The notes beneath the pieces are model-generated. The model was given only the letters and a program-made list of their open reading frames with translations, was not told the origin of the DNA and did no database searches. Below are positions 9,560 through 20,700 of a stretch of 38,347 nucleotides of DNA, piece by piece. Each line of letters opens with the position of its first letter. Within the stretch, counting starts at the first letter, position 1. A program made the translations under genes and the position numbers. Source of the stretch: Chiloscyllium plagiosum (lineage: Eukaryota); contig NC_057717.1 in the NCBI RefSeq assembly GCF_004010195.1, positions 73,622,087 through 73,660,433 of the forward strand, in the 5' to 3' direction.

Positions 9560-12500
9560 ACCTCTTTGAAGGGTCAAAGTGTTCGGAAATTTTGATGAGA
9601 AGGAAGTAGAAGCGTTTTCGTTTCATTTGAGAAAGTGACTGAACAAATGAAATGGCCGGCATCCATTTGGATCATGTTAATTCAAACAAAGTTGACAGCT
9701 AGAGCTAGTGTGGTGTTTGCATCGTTATCAGAGGACGTATTTGGGGAGTATGATGAGGCGAAAAAAGACGTCTGAAGTTCAAATGAACTTGTGCAGAAAG
9801 CCTGGAGACAATATTTTAGAAATTTAAGGACAGAACTTGTTCAAACGTAGATGGAGTTTGAAAGCATCCAACAAGGTCACTTTAATTGTGGGAAAGTGCA
9901 TTGAAAGTAAATCAGACATATGATCCTCTTTTAGAGACTGTTAATTTGGAGGAGTTCAAAATTCACTTTCTGGAATATTGTGGACTCGGGACGATGAGCA
10001 CAGTTAGAAGTGCAAGTTTCGCAGAAGAAATGGCAAATGATTATGAATTAGCTCATAAATCCAAGTTTGTTTTCCGACATCAATTTCAATCTGTGCTAAT
10101 CGTAAATTGTGGAAAAGCGAAATCCTCAGGTGCTGAGGGCAAAAATAGTAAGGATAGTTTACCACAAACTAAAAAGTAAACCGATGAGTAGGGAAAGAGA
10201 AGTGAAAAACCTCAGGTGTTTTGGCTGTCATAAAGTAGGACACATGAAGTCGCCATATTGGTGGTTTAACGAAGCACTGTTAAAGCAGATATGGTAAATT
10301 GTGGGATTTAGGAAAATGGTGATTAACATACATATGGAAATCGAAGAACGGCAAAAGGCTGGTCAGGTGTTGGTTTTTACGGAAGTATCAGATCTCTTTT
10401 TAAAAAGATCTGTTTAGGATAGGTTTACTCATGGGTACCAATAGCTGTAGGTGAAAAAAAAATAGCATTTTAAGAGATACAGGTGTAAGTGAACCTGTCC
10501 CAGCGAGAAATGAGGAGTTATGCACTCTGGAAGAAGTATTGTCAGAAAAGGTGGCAATATGTGTAGAAGAGTAGTCCTCCATTACATAAAGTGATATTGG
10601 AGAGTCTGGAAAAAAGTGGTGAATTGGTTGATTGTCAGAGCAAAAGTGAAATTCTGTTCTGAAAATACAGTCTCCTTGGAAATGATCTTGCTGGATCATG
10701 AGTGTGAGCAATGTATTGAAAAGCGAGTGGAAAATTAAGGAAGTATTGTATAGCATGGGATTTTAACTGGCTGCGTGGTAAAACTGTCCCCAAGACCTCA
10801 GGTTGAATTAGGAAGAAATATTAAGAAATAAAGATATTGATTACCGAAAACTACGTTTGATCAAATGTTTGAGACAAAATGAAGAGGAACAGTTGAAAGA
10901 CAAAGTAGGTATTTCTTCTAATTCAGGGAAGTTAGCTGCATTACAAAAAAAAGATGAAAAACTCAATTAGTTATGTCAAAAGACGTACACTGAAAATGAA
11001 CCTGGAATGTGACTGTTTTGAAACTGAATTCTCGATGAGAAAATTGAGACGATTACATATTCACAATAATGACAAATGGGCGGGAGTTTGGAAGTATGAC
11101 TGCTGTTTGATTATAGAAATAAAGTGTTGTGAATGCTTTATGCAAAAAAGGCATCAGCAGGTGGTCATTTGTGTGAGACGCTCGCAATATAATAAATTTC
11201 CATCCCAGTCAAATTCTGAAGCAGCGAATTTTATTGAAACATTCTTGCAAGAAGGGGTGCCTAGACACACCGATCCAGAAATTACTCCACAATTTATACA
11301 GTTTAATTATCGAGATTGACTGCATGCTCAAACGCTACATAATTGAAGTATGTTGCTGTAAGTGGAGCACATCGTGATGGGAGCAAAACCAATGCATGAT
11401 TACCCAAAATTAAAAGGCTTTATGAAATCTGATTTTTGACACATTCCACTAATGGAAGACTGTGTTAAGAAGGTGGGACAAGCAATTTATATTTCGAAGC
11501 TGCAGTTACTCAAAGGATACTTGTAGGTAAAATTATGTGAGAGAGCGAAGGAAATTTCAACTTCTAAGATACTGAATGATCTCTGCTAGTTTATGTTTAT
11601 GCTATTTAGTATGAGAAATGCACCAGCAACCATTTAAAGTCTAAACATTAAAGACATTTCGGGATTATCCAATTGTGTGGTGTACATAGAAAATTTAATG
11701 CTTTTGCGTCACACATAAAAGGAACATTGGGAACAGGCATCATAATTGTTTGAGCGTCTTCAGAAGGCAGGCTTGGTGATAAACTCGGAGACAGTGAGGG
11801 CTGCAGGTGCTGGAGATCAGAGTTGAGAGTGTGTTGTGGAAAAGCACAGCAGGTCAGGCAGCATCGACGATCAGGAAAATCGATGTCTCGGGTCAGAGCT
11901 CTTCATCAGTAATGAGCTCATTCGTGATAAACTCACTGAGAGTGAGTTCGCAAAATCCCAAATTCTTTAGACATGTGGCTGGATGTGAAAACAATGATCA
12001 TTGGAGAATTTCCCATACCATGAGAAAAAGGGAAGTGCAATGATTCCGTGGACTGGATTTTTTTTAATCAAACATCCATGCCAAATTTTAGCAACATTTT
12101 TGCTTCACCGACTCACTTGTTGAAATATTGCAGAAAATTTCAGTGGATTGAAAAATGTCAGAGCCATTTTTCAGCCTGAAATCTGTGTTAACCATTGCCC
12201 CTAATTAGTCAAAGACATTCAAAGTGCTTGCTGATGCGAGTCTTTTGAGTGTCAGTGCTGTAATCTTGCAAGATGACAACGAAATGATGGGAAGACCCAT
12301 TGGGTATTCTTCCTGAAAGTTCAATATTCATCAATAGAAATATTACAAAATTCAAAAGGTGATGTCGAGTTTGATGTTGGCGCTGCAACTTGTCAATGTT
12401 TCTGTGGCTAGAAATGTGGCAGAGCTAATTGTATTTCGTGATCATAAAGTCTTAACGTATTTGCATGCTTTAGACGAAGTGTATCTTTGCAACTATTTAA

Positions 12501-12600
12501 TTTGCAAATTATATATGAGGTAGGACGAGAGAACATAATTGCTGTCACATTGTCGTGACTTTGATGAAGGAAGGCAGCTGTGCTTGGTGGCGAATGAAAC
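9560..12600 (+). mobile_element. Degenerate Ty3/Gypsy LTR retrotransposon internal region, Gmr1-like (gag-PR-INT-RT-RH order)
   Basis: gag: KFDEKEVEAF…FEKV.EQMKWP…W..LIQTKL..RA…ELV..AWRQYFRNL, LEEFK, and knuckle CFGCHKVGH (~10217-10250). Protease: ILRDTG (10467-10484). Integrase N-terminal remnant: GGHL (~11160). RT: …EKVGQAIYISKL.LLKGY…MRNAPAT…CVVYIE (11360-11700). RNase H: ADAS…AVILQ, RPIGY, ENIIAVTLS (12225-12560). No integrase follows the RNase H. Many stops and frameshifts. Confidence 0.8.
11787..11923 (-). mobile_element. Short PLE-end-derived element inserted in Gypsy RT
   Basis: 11-bp TSD gtgataaactc (11776-11786 / 11924-11934). Decayed hammerhead CTGATGA-agagctctgaccc-GAGACATC on the minus strand. 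Ends in the micro-palindrome aatgag|ctcatt. Confidence 0.8.
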
Positions 12601-12629
12601 AGACTAAATGGACTCTATTAAATGTTTGA

Positions 12630-12834
12630 GGAGAAAGTGAGGTCTGCAGATGCTGGAGATCAGAGCTGAAAATGTGTTGCTGGAAAAGCGCAGCAGGTCA
12701 GGCAGCATCCAGGGAACAGGAGAATCGACGTTTCGGGCATAATTCCTGAAGAAGGGCTTATGCCCGAAACGTCGATTCTCCTGTTCCCTGGATGCTGCCT
12801 GACCTGTTGCGCTTTTCCAGCAACACATTTTCAG
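12630..12834. mobile_element. Short fold-back PLE-end-derived element
   Basis: Inverted arms of about 77 bp and a 17-bp TSD ctctattaaatgtttga (12613-12629 / 12835-12851). Near-identical to 3036-3249 but with a different inversion junction. Confidence 0.88.
12741..12778 (+). ncRNA. Minimal type-I hammerhead ribozyme motif
   Basis: aattc-CTGAAGA (12746-12752)-A-GGGC-TTAT-GCCC-GAAACGTC (12766-12773)-gattc. Confidence 0.72.
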
Positions 12835-12983
12835 CTCTATTAAATGTTTGAATGCTAATGATCAATGTGATGTATATGTACATGTATCATAGTGTACTAA
12901 CAGCAGAAGACTAAAGGTATTTTCTTGAAATGAAGCTATCTTTGGATATTTATTGGTTATTTCAATGCGTTCGAGGTGGTGGT

Positions 12984-13480
12984 TATAATGATACTAGGCT
13001 TTTAGAGGTGTACTTTGTTCATTTTAAAAGAAGGGTTTTGAGTCAGAGGTAAGGAGATTCTCTTCCCAGTCAGTAAATGAAACAGTTTATGAGGCCGTGA
13101 GCTTCCCTTCAATTTTAGAACAATAAAAGCAGCAGGAATGAGTGGTTTAAGACTCCTACAGAACCACGTTTATACCTAATATTTCTGTTATTTCTGGGGT
13201 TTTGAAGTTTGTTGTGAAACCTAGAGTTCTTCCTTTGTGCCCAATATTTTTCTTGGTATTCTGTTTTCCTGGACTGGAGACACATCACATATAACAGAAT
13301 CAATTTGTTAGGTTTTGCCTTTACCAAGTGTGTGTTTATGAGAATTTACTGTATTGGAACAATTGCTATTTATTAATCATATGCTCTGTTACTCTTAAAC
13401 TTAACAATAGAGTTACGTTAGACCAATCCTTCATTCTTTTGTTTGTATTTAACGAGGTGTAACAATAACGTGTACTGCAT
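12984..13480 (+). mobile_element. Probable 3' LTR (5' part) of the Gypsy element
   Basis: Follows the RNase H and a weak purine tract (gaggtggtgg). Its start, tataatgatactaggcttttagaggtgtactttgttc, resembles the start of the solo LTR at 21347 (tgtgatgatgctgcgcctttaacaaggttatattgtcc). Confidence 0.55.
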
Positions 13481-13484
13481 TTTT

Positions 13485-15745
13485 CCAAACATTTGTAGCT
13501 TGGTTTGTGAATGAGGTCGTCGATTCGTTTGCAGTACTGGTGCCGTTTTCTGCAGACGTTATTCGGTCGCTTGGTGACATTGTCAGTTCCTGCTGGAACA
13601 GTGTCGGTAGTCTATCCAATATGTCTTTTTGTTTTTGGTGCTTACGTTTCTGTATGTGCATGGTTTGTGTATGGCGAGCAGTTGTTAATGTGTTTATGGA
13701 TTGAGTTTCAGTTGGATAGCCAGGATTTAAGGAATTCTCTCAAGCGGCGCTGTTTAGACTGTGCTAAGATGGTCACATTTTCTCATTTGACTTCGTATCT
13801 TTCATTGTCTGTGTGACTGGAAATGAGAGAGTACTGGTCGTGTCTGGCAGTGATGAGGTATTGTTCATACACTCGTGTGGTAGTTGTTCTTCCTGTTTGC
13901 CCTATGCCATGTTATCTCACAATTTTTTGCAGAACATCTTGTCGATAACGTTCGTGCTGTTGGGTGTGGTTGTCGGCTTTTAACATTTGTGTGAAAATGG
14001 TGGAAGGTGTTTGCTAATTTGTGGATTCCTAGGGATCTGAGTAGCTGGGTGGTCATTTCTGATATTTCTTTGTTGTATGGTATGTTCACTATCGTGCTTG
14101 GTCGAACACTGTTTTCTTCTTTGGTTTGTTATGTAAGTATTGGAGGATAATATTATTCTAGTAATTGTTTTACTTAAATCCCTTAAATAGGTTATCCTGT
14201 CCTGCCGTCTGGAGTTCTGGTTTGTTGCAGTGTATCCCTGCTCTTTTATCTACTATTCTAATGCAGCGTTCTTTTGGGGGGCTGGCTTGGTTGCTGTTAT
14301 ACTGTAGTATGTGTTTGGCTTTCTTCCTGTACACACTGGTCTGGAGTTCATTGGTAGATATGCGTTCCATGAATATATTCAGGAAGGGGAGTTTTCCTGT
14401 TACTCAGTGAACTTTATTCCAGTGATGATGTTATTGCTGTGGTGGAGGGTTTCTACTAATTAGTGATGACAAAGGTTATCATCTACATACCGGATCCAGA
14501 GTTTGAGTTGGATGTGGAGGAGGGCTGTCCATTCTCAGCGTTGCTTTACTGCTTCCACCATCAGTCCTGATATTGGTGACTGTATTGGTGCACTGTTGAT
14601 TTGTCCGTGCACCTGTCCATTGAATGTAAATTTGGAACTGAAGCAGAGCTCCAATCGTTTTAGCATGTTGTTTTTGTTGATGAGGCTGGTGCCGTCGGGT
14701 GTCCCAGTAACGATTTTGTCCAATTATGTGATAATAGTACTTTTGGCTAGGTCGATGGCTACCAATGGGAAGAGTGTTTTTACATCAAATGAAATCATGG
14801 TTTAGTACTCCTTTATTCTGGAGTTTCTGATGAAGTTAAGTAACACTTGAGTAGAGTGAATGGAGTGTATGGAGAAATCTGTTAGGAGTTTTCGTCTTAT
14901 TTACAACTCCCTGGCTAGCAGGTAGTTATGTGTCCTTGAGATAGGTCTGAGTGAGCTCCTGTTTTGTGTACCTTGTGAGGTCTGTAGAATCAGGGTGTGT
15001 TGGATGTGTCGGGTTTGAACTTTTGTAAGTCTGTTTAGCTCATGTCTCCTGCGCTGTTCAGTTGCTTCATTGTCATGATAATTCTGTTCTCGAGTTGTGG
15101 GGTCGGAACTATCACTACCTGTACGTAAATAGTGGTCTCGCCAAGTAGTTCATTTCCTTTCTCCATGAAGTGGTCTTTGTTCAGCATTATTATCATCCTT
15201 CCTTTGTCCACTTGATGTATAATTATGTTCGTGGTTTTTTGAGTTACTTCCCGGCTATCATTTCTTCTGTAATGATTGTTTTCAAGTTTCTTTTTCTGCT
15301 TAGAGTCGGGTCTATCTGCTTTCTGATAATCTGTTGTGTTTCTCCACCCACTCCACTGTCTTTCAATTTGGCTTCTAGTACTATTAGGAAATTAGTTTAT
15401 CTGGCATCTGTGTAGTTAAATTGCTTTTCCACGTACCAGGATTGATTTTTTCAGGTCTGTGAGTGGTCTGTCTGAGAGGTTCTTTATCCATGTCTCTGCT
15501 TTGTCTGAATGGTTGTTGTGGTGAGTTGTGGAGGCTTCTGCTTTTCGTGCTTCTATTTTCCTACTTCTGGTCCTGTGTTGTGGTAATGATGGCTTCTTCT
15601 AATGGAGTGGTCCACTTGGTGTCGGTGATGTTGGAGTACAGAGTTTGATTGGGTGCAATTTCCTGTTCACATTTGGGGAGATGGTTATGTACACCTGTGA
15701 TCATAACCCTTAGCATTTTGCGGCCATTCTGTTCTGCCGTTCTTA
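13485..15745 (-). mobile_element. Old Penelope/Poseidon-type PLE, 3' part (RT + GIY-YIG + terminal repeat)
   Basis: Minus-strand motifs ISFDVKTLFP (~14780), PIQSPISGLMVEAV, WIRYVDD (~14480), TSVYRK, IPY.KEISE…LLR.LGI and a GIY-YIG remnant homologous to 37726-38301. Decayed hammerhead at ~13550-13590. Confidence 0.85.
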
Positions 15746-15860
15746 GAACATAGAACGTTACAGCGCAGTACAGGCCCTTCGGCCCTCGGTGTTGCGCCGA
15801 CTGTCATACCAATCTGAATTCGATCTAACCTGCACTATATCCATGTACGTCCATATGCTT
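15744..15860 (-). mobile_element. 3' tail of CR1 element A (continues at 17858)
   Basis: agaacatagaac tail plus gcagtacaggcccttcggccc. The sequence …tccatatgctta joins seamlessly to cttatccaatgacg… at 17858. Confidence 0.8.
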
Positions 15861-15872
15861 AGAACATAGAAC

Positions 15873-16176
15873 AGTACAGCACAGAACAGGCCCTTCAGCC
15901 CACGATGTTGTGCCGACCATTGATTCTCGTGTATGCACCCTCAAATGTCTGTGACCTTGCTTCCACAACTACTGCTGGCAACACATTTCATGCTCTCACA
16001 ACTCTCTGTGTAAACAACCCGCCTAGTACAGCACAGAACAGGCCCTTCAGCCCATGATGTTGTGCCGACCATTGATCCTCGTGTATGCACCCTCAAATTT
16101 CTGTGACCTTGCTTCCACAACTACTGCTGGCAACACATTTCATGCTCTCACAACTCTCTGTGTAAACAACCCGCCC
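15873..16176. repeat. 152-bp tandem duplication at the 3' end of CR1 element B
   Basis: Units start at agtacagcacagaacagg (15873 and 16025) and differ at about 3-4 positions. Confidence 0.92.
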
Positions 16177-17417
16177 CTGGCATCCCCTCTATACTTTCCT
16201 CCAACCAGCTTAAAACTATGACCCCTCGTGTTAGCCATTTCTGCCCTGGGAAATAGTCTCTGGCTATCGACTCTATCTATGCCTCTCATTATCTTGTATA
16301 CCTCAATTAGGTCCCCTTTCCTCCTCCTTTTCTCCAATGAAAAAAGTCCGAGCTCAGTCAATCTCTCTTCATATGATAAGCCCTCCAGCCCAGGCAGCAT
16401 GCTGGTAAACCTCCTCTGAACCCTCTCCAAAGCATCCACATCTTTCCTATAATAGGGCGACCAGAACTGGATGCAGTATTCCAAGTGCGGTCTAACCAAA
16501 GTTTTATAGAGCTGCAACAAGATCTCACGACTCTTACACTCAATACCCCTGTTAATGAAAGCCAAAACACCATATGCTTTCTTAACAACCCTGTCCACTT
16601 CGGTGGCCATTTTAACAGCTCTATGTACCTGAACACCAAGATCCATCTGTTCCTCCACACTGCCAAGAATCGTATCCTTAATCCTGTACTCAGCTTTCAA
16701 TTTCGACCTTCCAAAATGCATCACCTCGCATTTATCCAGGTTGGGGCTCCATCTGCCACCTCTCAGCCCATCTCTGCATTCTGTCAATGTCCCGCTGCAG
16801 TCTACAACAGCCGTCTATACTGTCAATGACAACTCCAACTTTTGTGTCGTCTGCAAAATGCTGACCCATCCTTCAATCCTCTCATCCAAGTTATTAATAA
16901 AAATTACAAACAGTAGAGGCCCAAGGACAGAGCCCTGTGGAATACCAGTCACTACTGACTTCCAGGCAGAATATTTTCCTTCTACTGCCACTCGCTGTCT
17001 TATGTTGGCCAGTCAATTCTGTATCCAGACAGCTAAGTTCCCCTGTATCCCATTCCTCCTGACCTTCTGAATGAGCCTACCATAGGAGACCTTATCAAAT
17101 GCCTTGCTGAAGTCCATATACACCACATCCACAGCTCGACCCTCACCAACGTTTCTAGTCACATCCTCAAAGAACTCGATAAGGTTTGTGAGGCATGACC
17201 TGCCCCCACAAAGCCGTGTTGACTGCATTTAATCAATCCATACTCTTCCAGATGGTCATAAATCCTATCACTCAGAATCCTTGCTAACAGCTTGCAGACG
17301 TGAGACTTACTGGTCTGTAATTGCCGGGAATTTCCGTATTTCTTTTCTTGAAGAGAGGAATTACATTTGCCTCTCTCCAGTCCTCAGGTACGACTTTAGT
17401 TGTGAGCGAGGATGCAA

Positions 17418-17736
17418 AGATTAGAGATTAGAGATTAGACTACAGTGTGGAAACAGGCCCTTCGGCCCAACAAGTCCACACCGACCCGCCGAAGCGAAAC
17501 CCACCCATACCCCTACATTTACCCCTTACCTAACACTACGGGCAATTTAGTATGGCTAATTCACCTAACCTGCACATCTTTGGACTGTGGGAGGAAACCG
17601 GAGCACCCGGAGGAAACCCACGCAGACACGGGGAGAACGTGCAAACTCCACACAGTCAGTCGCCTGAGTCGGGAATTGAACCCGGTCTCTGGCGCTGCGA
17701 GGCAGCAGTGCTAACCACTGTGCCACCATGCCGTCC
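17418..17736 (-). mobile_element. Full-length V-SINE/HE1-type SINE inside CR1 element B
   Basis: tRNA head, V domain, LINE-like tail and (tctaatc)n terminal repeats. Confidence 0.92.
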
Positions 17737-17857
17737 ATAATCTTCGCAAGTGGCGTAGCAATTGCATTTCTCGTTTCCCAAAGCAGCCGAGGACAAATCC
17801 GGTCCGGGCCTGGCAACTTGTTAATCTTAATGTTTAACAGAATTTCCAGCACAATTC

Positions 17858-20510
17858 CTTATCCAATGACGACTTAAAGGTACATAAATTTGGAGAATCT
17901 ACTACCGTTGGAGCAAAGCATTCCATACTCTTACTACTCTCTGAGTAAAGAAACTACCTCTGACGTCTGTCCTATATCTATCACCCCTCAATTTAAAGCT
18001 GTGTCCCCTTGTGCTCGCCGTCACCATTCTTGGAAAATGTCTCTCCCTGTCTACCCTTTCTAACCCACTGATTATCTTCTCTGTCTCTATTAAGTCACCT
18101 CTCAACCTTCTTCTTTCTAACGAAAACATCCTCAAGTCCCTCAGCCTTTCCTCGTAAGGCGTTCCCTCCATACCAGGCAACATCCTAGTAAATCTCCTCT
18201 GCACCCTTCCAAAACTTCCACATCCTTCTTATAATGTGGTGACCAGAACTGTACACAATACTCCAAGTGCAGCCGCACTAGTGTTTTGTACAGCTGCAGC
18301 ATAATCTCATGGGTTCCGGAACTCGATCGCTCTATTAATAAAAGCTAAAACACTGTATGCCTTCTTAACAACCCTGTCAACCTGGGTGACAACTTTCAAG
18401 GACCTGTGTACCTGGACACCGAGATCTCTCTGCTCATCTACACTACCAAGAACCTTACCATTCGCTCAGTATTTTGCATTTCGTTTACTCCGACCAAAGT
18501 GAGTCACCTCACACTTGTCCGCATTGAACTCCATTTGCCACCTCTCAGCCCAGCTCTGCAGCTTATCTATGTCTCTCTGTAACCTACAATATCCTTCGTC
18601 ACTATCCACAACTTCACCGACCTGAGTGTCGTCTGCAAATTTACTAACCCACCCTTCTACGCCGTCATCCAGGCCGTTTATAAAAATGATGAATACAGTA
18701 TACCTTGCAGTACACCACTGGTAGCTGGACTCCAGGATGAACATTTCCCATCAACCACCGAGCTCTGTCTTCTTTTAGCAAGCCAATTACTGATCCAAAC
18801 TGCTATATTTCCCATAATCCCATTCCCCCGCAGTTTGTACAATAGCCTACTGTGGGGAACCTTATAGAACGCCTTGCTGAAATCCATATACACCACATCA
18901 ACCGGTTTACTCTCATCTAGCTGTTTGGTCATCGTCTCAAAGAACTCAATAAGGTTTGTGAGGCACGACCTACACTTCACAAAACCGTGCTGACTATCCC
19001 TAATCAAATTATTCTTTTCTGGATGATTATAAATGCTATCTCATATAACCTTTTCCAACGCTTTACCAATAACTGAAGTGAGGCTCACTGGTCTATAATT
19101 ACCAGGATTTTCTCTACTCCCCCTCTTGGACAGGGGAACCACATTTGCTATCCTCCAGTCTTCTGGCACTATTCCTGTAGACAATGACGATTTAAAGATC
19201 AATGCTCTAACCCTGCTCTAACCATGTTTCCGAAATGGCCACAACATCGATGTCCCAGGTACCAACCCATGCTGCAAGTTCACCCACCTTATTCCGGATG
19301 CCCCTGGCGTTGACGTAGACACACTTCAAACCAAATTCATGCTTGCTGGTGCCATTTTGCATCCCTGAAACTTGACTATGGACCTCCCTACTCTCAACCT
19401 TTTCTGTACTCGAAATACTATTTTGGGTTCCATCCCCCTGCTGGATTACTTTAAACCCACCCCAATAGCCTTAGCGAAATTTCCCCCCAGGATATTGGTA
19501 CCACTTTGGTTCAGATGAAGACCATCCTGCTTGTAGAGGTCCCACGTACCCCAGAAAGAGCCCCAATTATCCAAGAATCCAAAACGTTCCCTCCTGCACC
19601 ATCCCTGTGTCCACGTGTTCAAATATTCTCTTTCCCTATTCCTTGCCTCACTAGCACGTGGCACGGGCAACAAACCAGAGACAACAACTCTGTTCCTCCT
19701 AGCTCTAAACTTCCATCCTAGCTCCCTGAATTTCTGCCTTCAATCCCCATCTCTCTTCCTTCCTATGTCGTTGGTGCCTATGTGGACCACGACTTGGAGC
19801 TGCTTCCCCTCCCCCTTAAGGATCCCAAAAGCACGATCAGAGACATCACCAACCCTGGCACCTGGGAGGCAACGCACCAACTGTGAGTCTCTCTCGTCCC
19901 CACAGAACCTCCTATCTGTTCCCCAAACTATAGAGTCCACAATGACTACTGCTCTGCTCCTCTTCCCCTTTCCCTTCTGAGCAGCAGGGACAGAGTCTGT
20001 GCCAGAGCCCTGTGCCCCACTGTTTTCCCCTGGTATGTCATCCCCCCCAACAGTATCCAAAACGGTATACTTATTGTTGAGGGGAATGGTCACAGGGGAT
20101 CCCTGCACTGCCTGCTGGTTCCCTTTCCGTCCTCTGACTGTAACCCATTTGCCTTTTCCTTGTACCTTAGGAGTGACAACCTCCCTGTAACTCCTCTCAA
20201 TAACCCCCTCTGCCTCCCGAATGATCCGAAGTTCATCGAGCTCCAGCTCCAGTTCCCTAACGCGGTTTTCGAGGAGCTGGAGTTCGCTGCACTTCTGGCA
20301 GATGTAGTCAGCAGGGACACTAGTGGTGACACTTACCTCCCACATTCTTCAGGAGGAACATTCAACTGCCCTAACCTCCATTCCCACTATTCTCAGTTCC
20401 CAAATAGACGGTTTAAAAAAAAAGGAATAAAAAAGAACTCGTTCCCTTACCAATGTGGCGCACAGGTCATTTTGTTTTGGTTAGAGAAGGAGGATGGGTG
20501 GGAGACACTG
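17858..20510 (-). mobile_element. CR1 element A: 5' UTR, ORF1 (Zn-finger/coiled coil/esterase) and internally deleted ORF2
   Basis: ORF1 (19740-20345 and 19446-19673) reads CQKC, LENRVRELELELDELR, VVVHIGTND, DGLHLN. ORF2 RT reads SQHGFVK.RSCLTNLIEFF and SKFADDT. The sequence jumps from the start of the endonuclease to the RT at ~19205. Confidence 0.92.
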
Positions 20511-20514
20511 CCCG

Positions 20515-20700
20515 AGTCTTCTTGGCAGCTCGTTGATGACAGGTGGTTTCTATATTAAATTTGGTGCTTGTACCTGTTAATTAATGTATTCATGTAGAAA
20601 GTACAGTTGTTCTCCGGTTGTATTGGCGTTTATCTCCCATCATCTGACTAGTGTGAGGATGTCGCACCATAGATGTTTAGGGTTCTTGCAAAGAATTGAA
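20515..20700 (-). mobile_element. 5' (N-terminal) part of the PLE interrupted by CR1 element A
   Basis: The minus-strand reading …GEQLYFLHE…PPV..RAAK joins across the CR1 to …AEQNGRKMLRVMI at 15700-15742. Confidence 0.65.

Larger units (their letters stand above)
15861..17857 (-). mobile_element. 5'-truncated CR1 element B inserted in the 3' UTR of element A
   Basis: ORFs 16140-16787 and 17013-17228 contain RSCLTNLIEFFEDVT, YMDFSKAFDKV and RPHLEYCIQFWSP. It has its own agaacatagaac tail at 15861. Confidence 0.9.
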
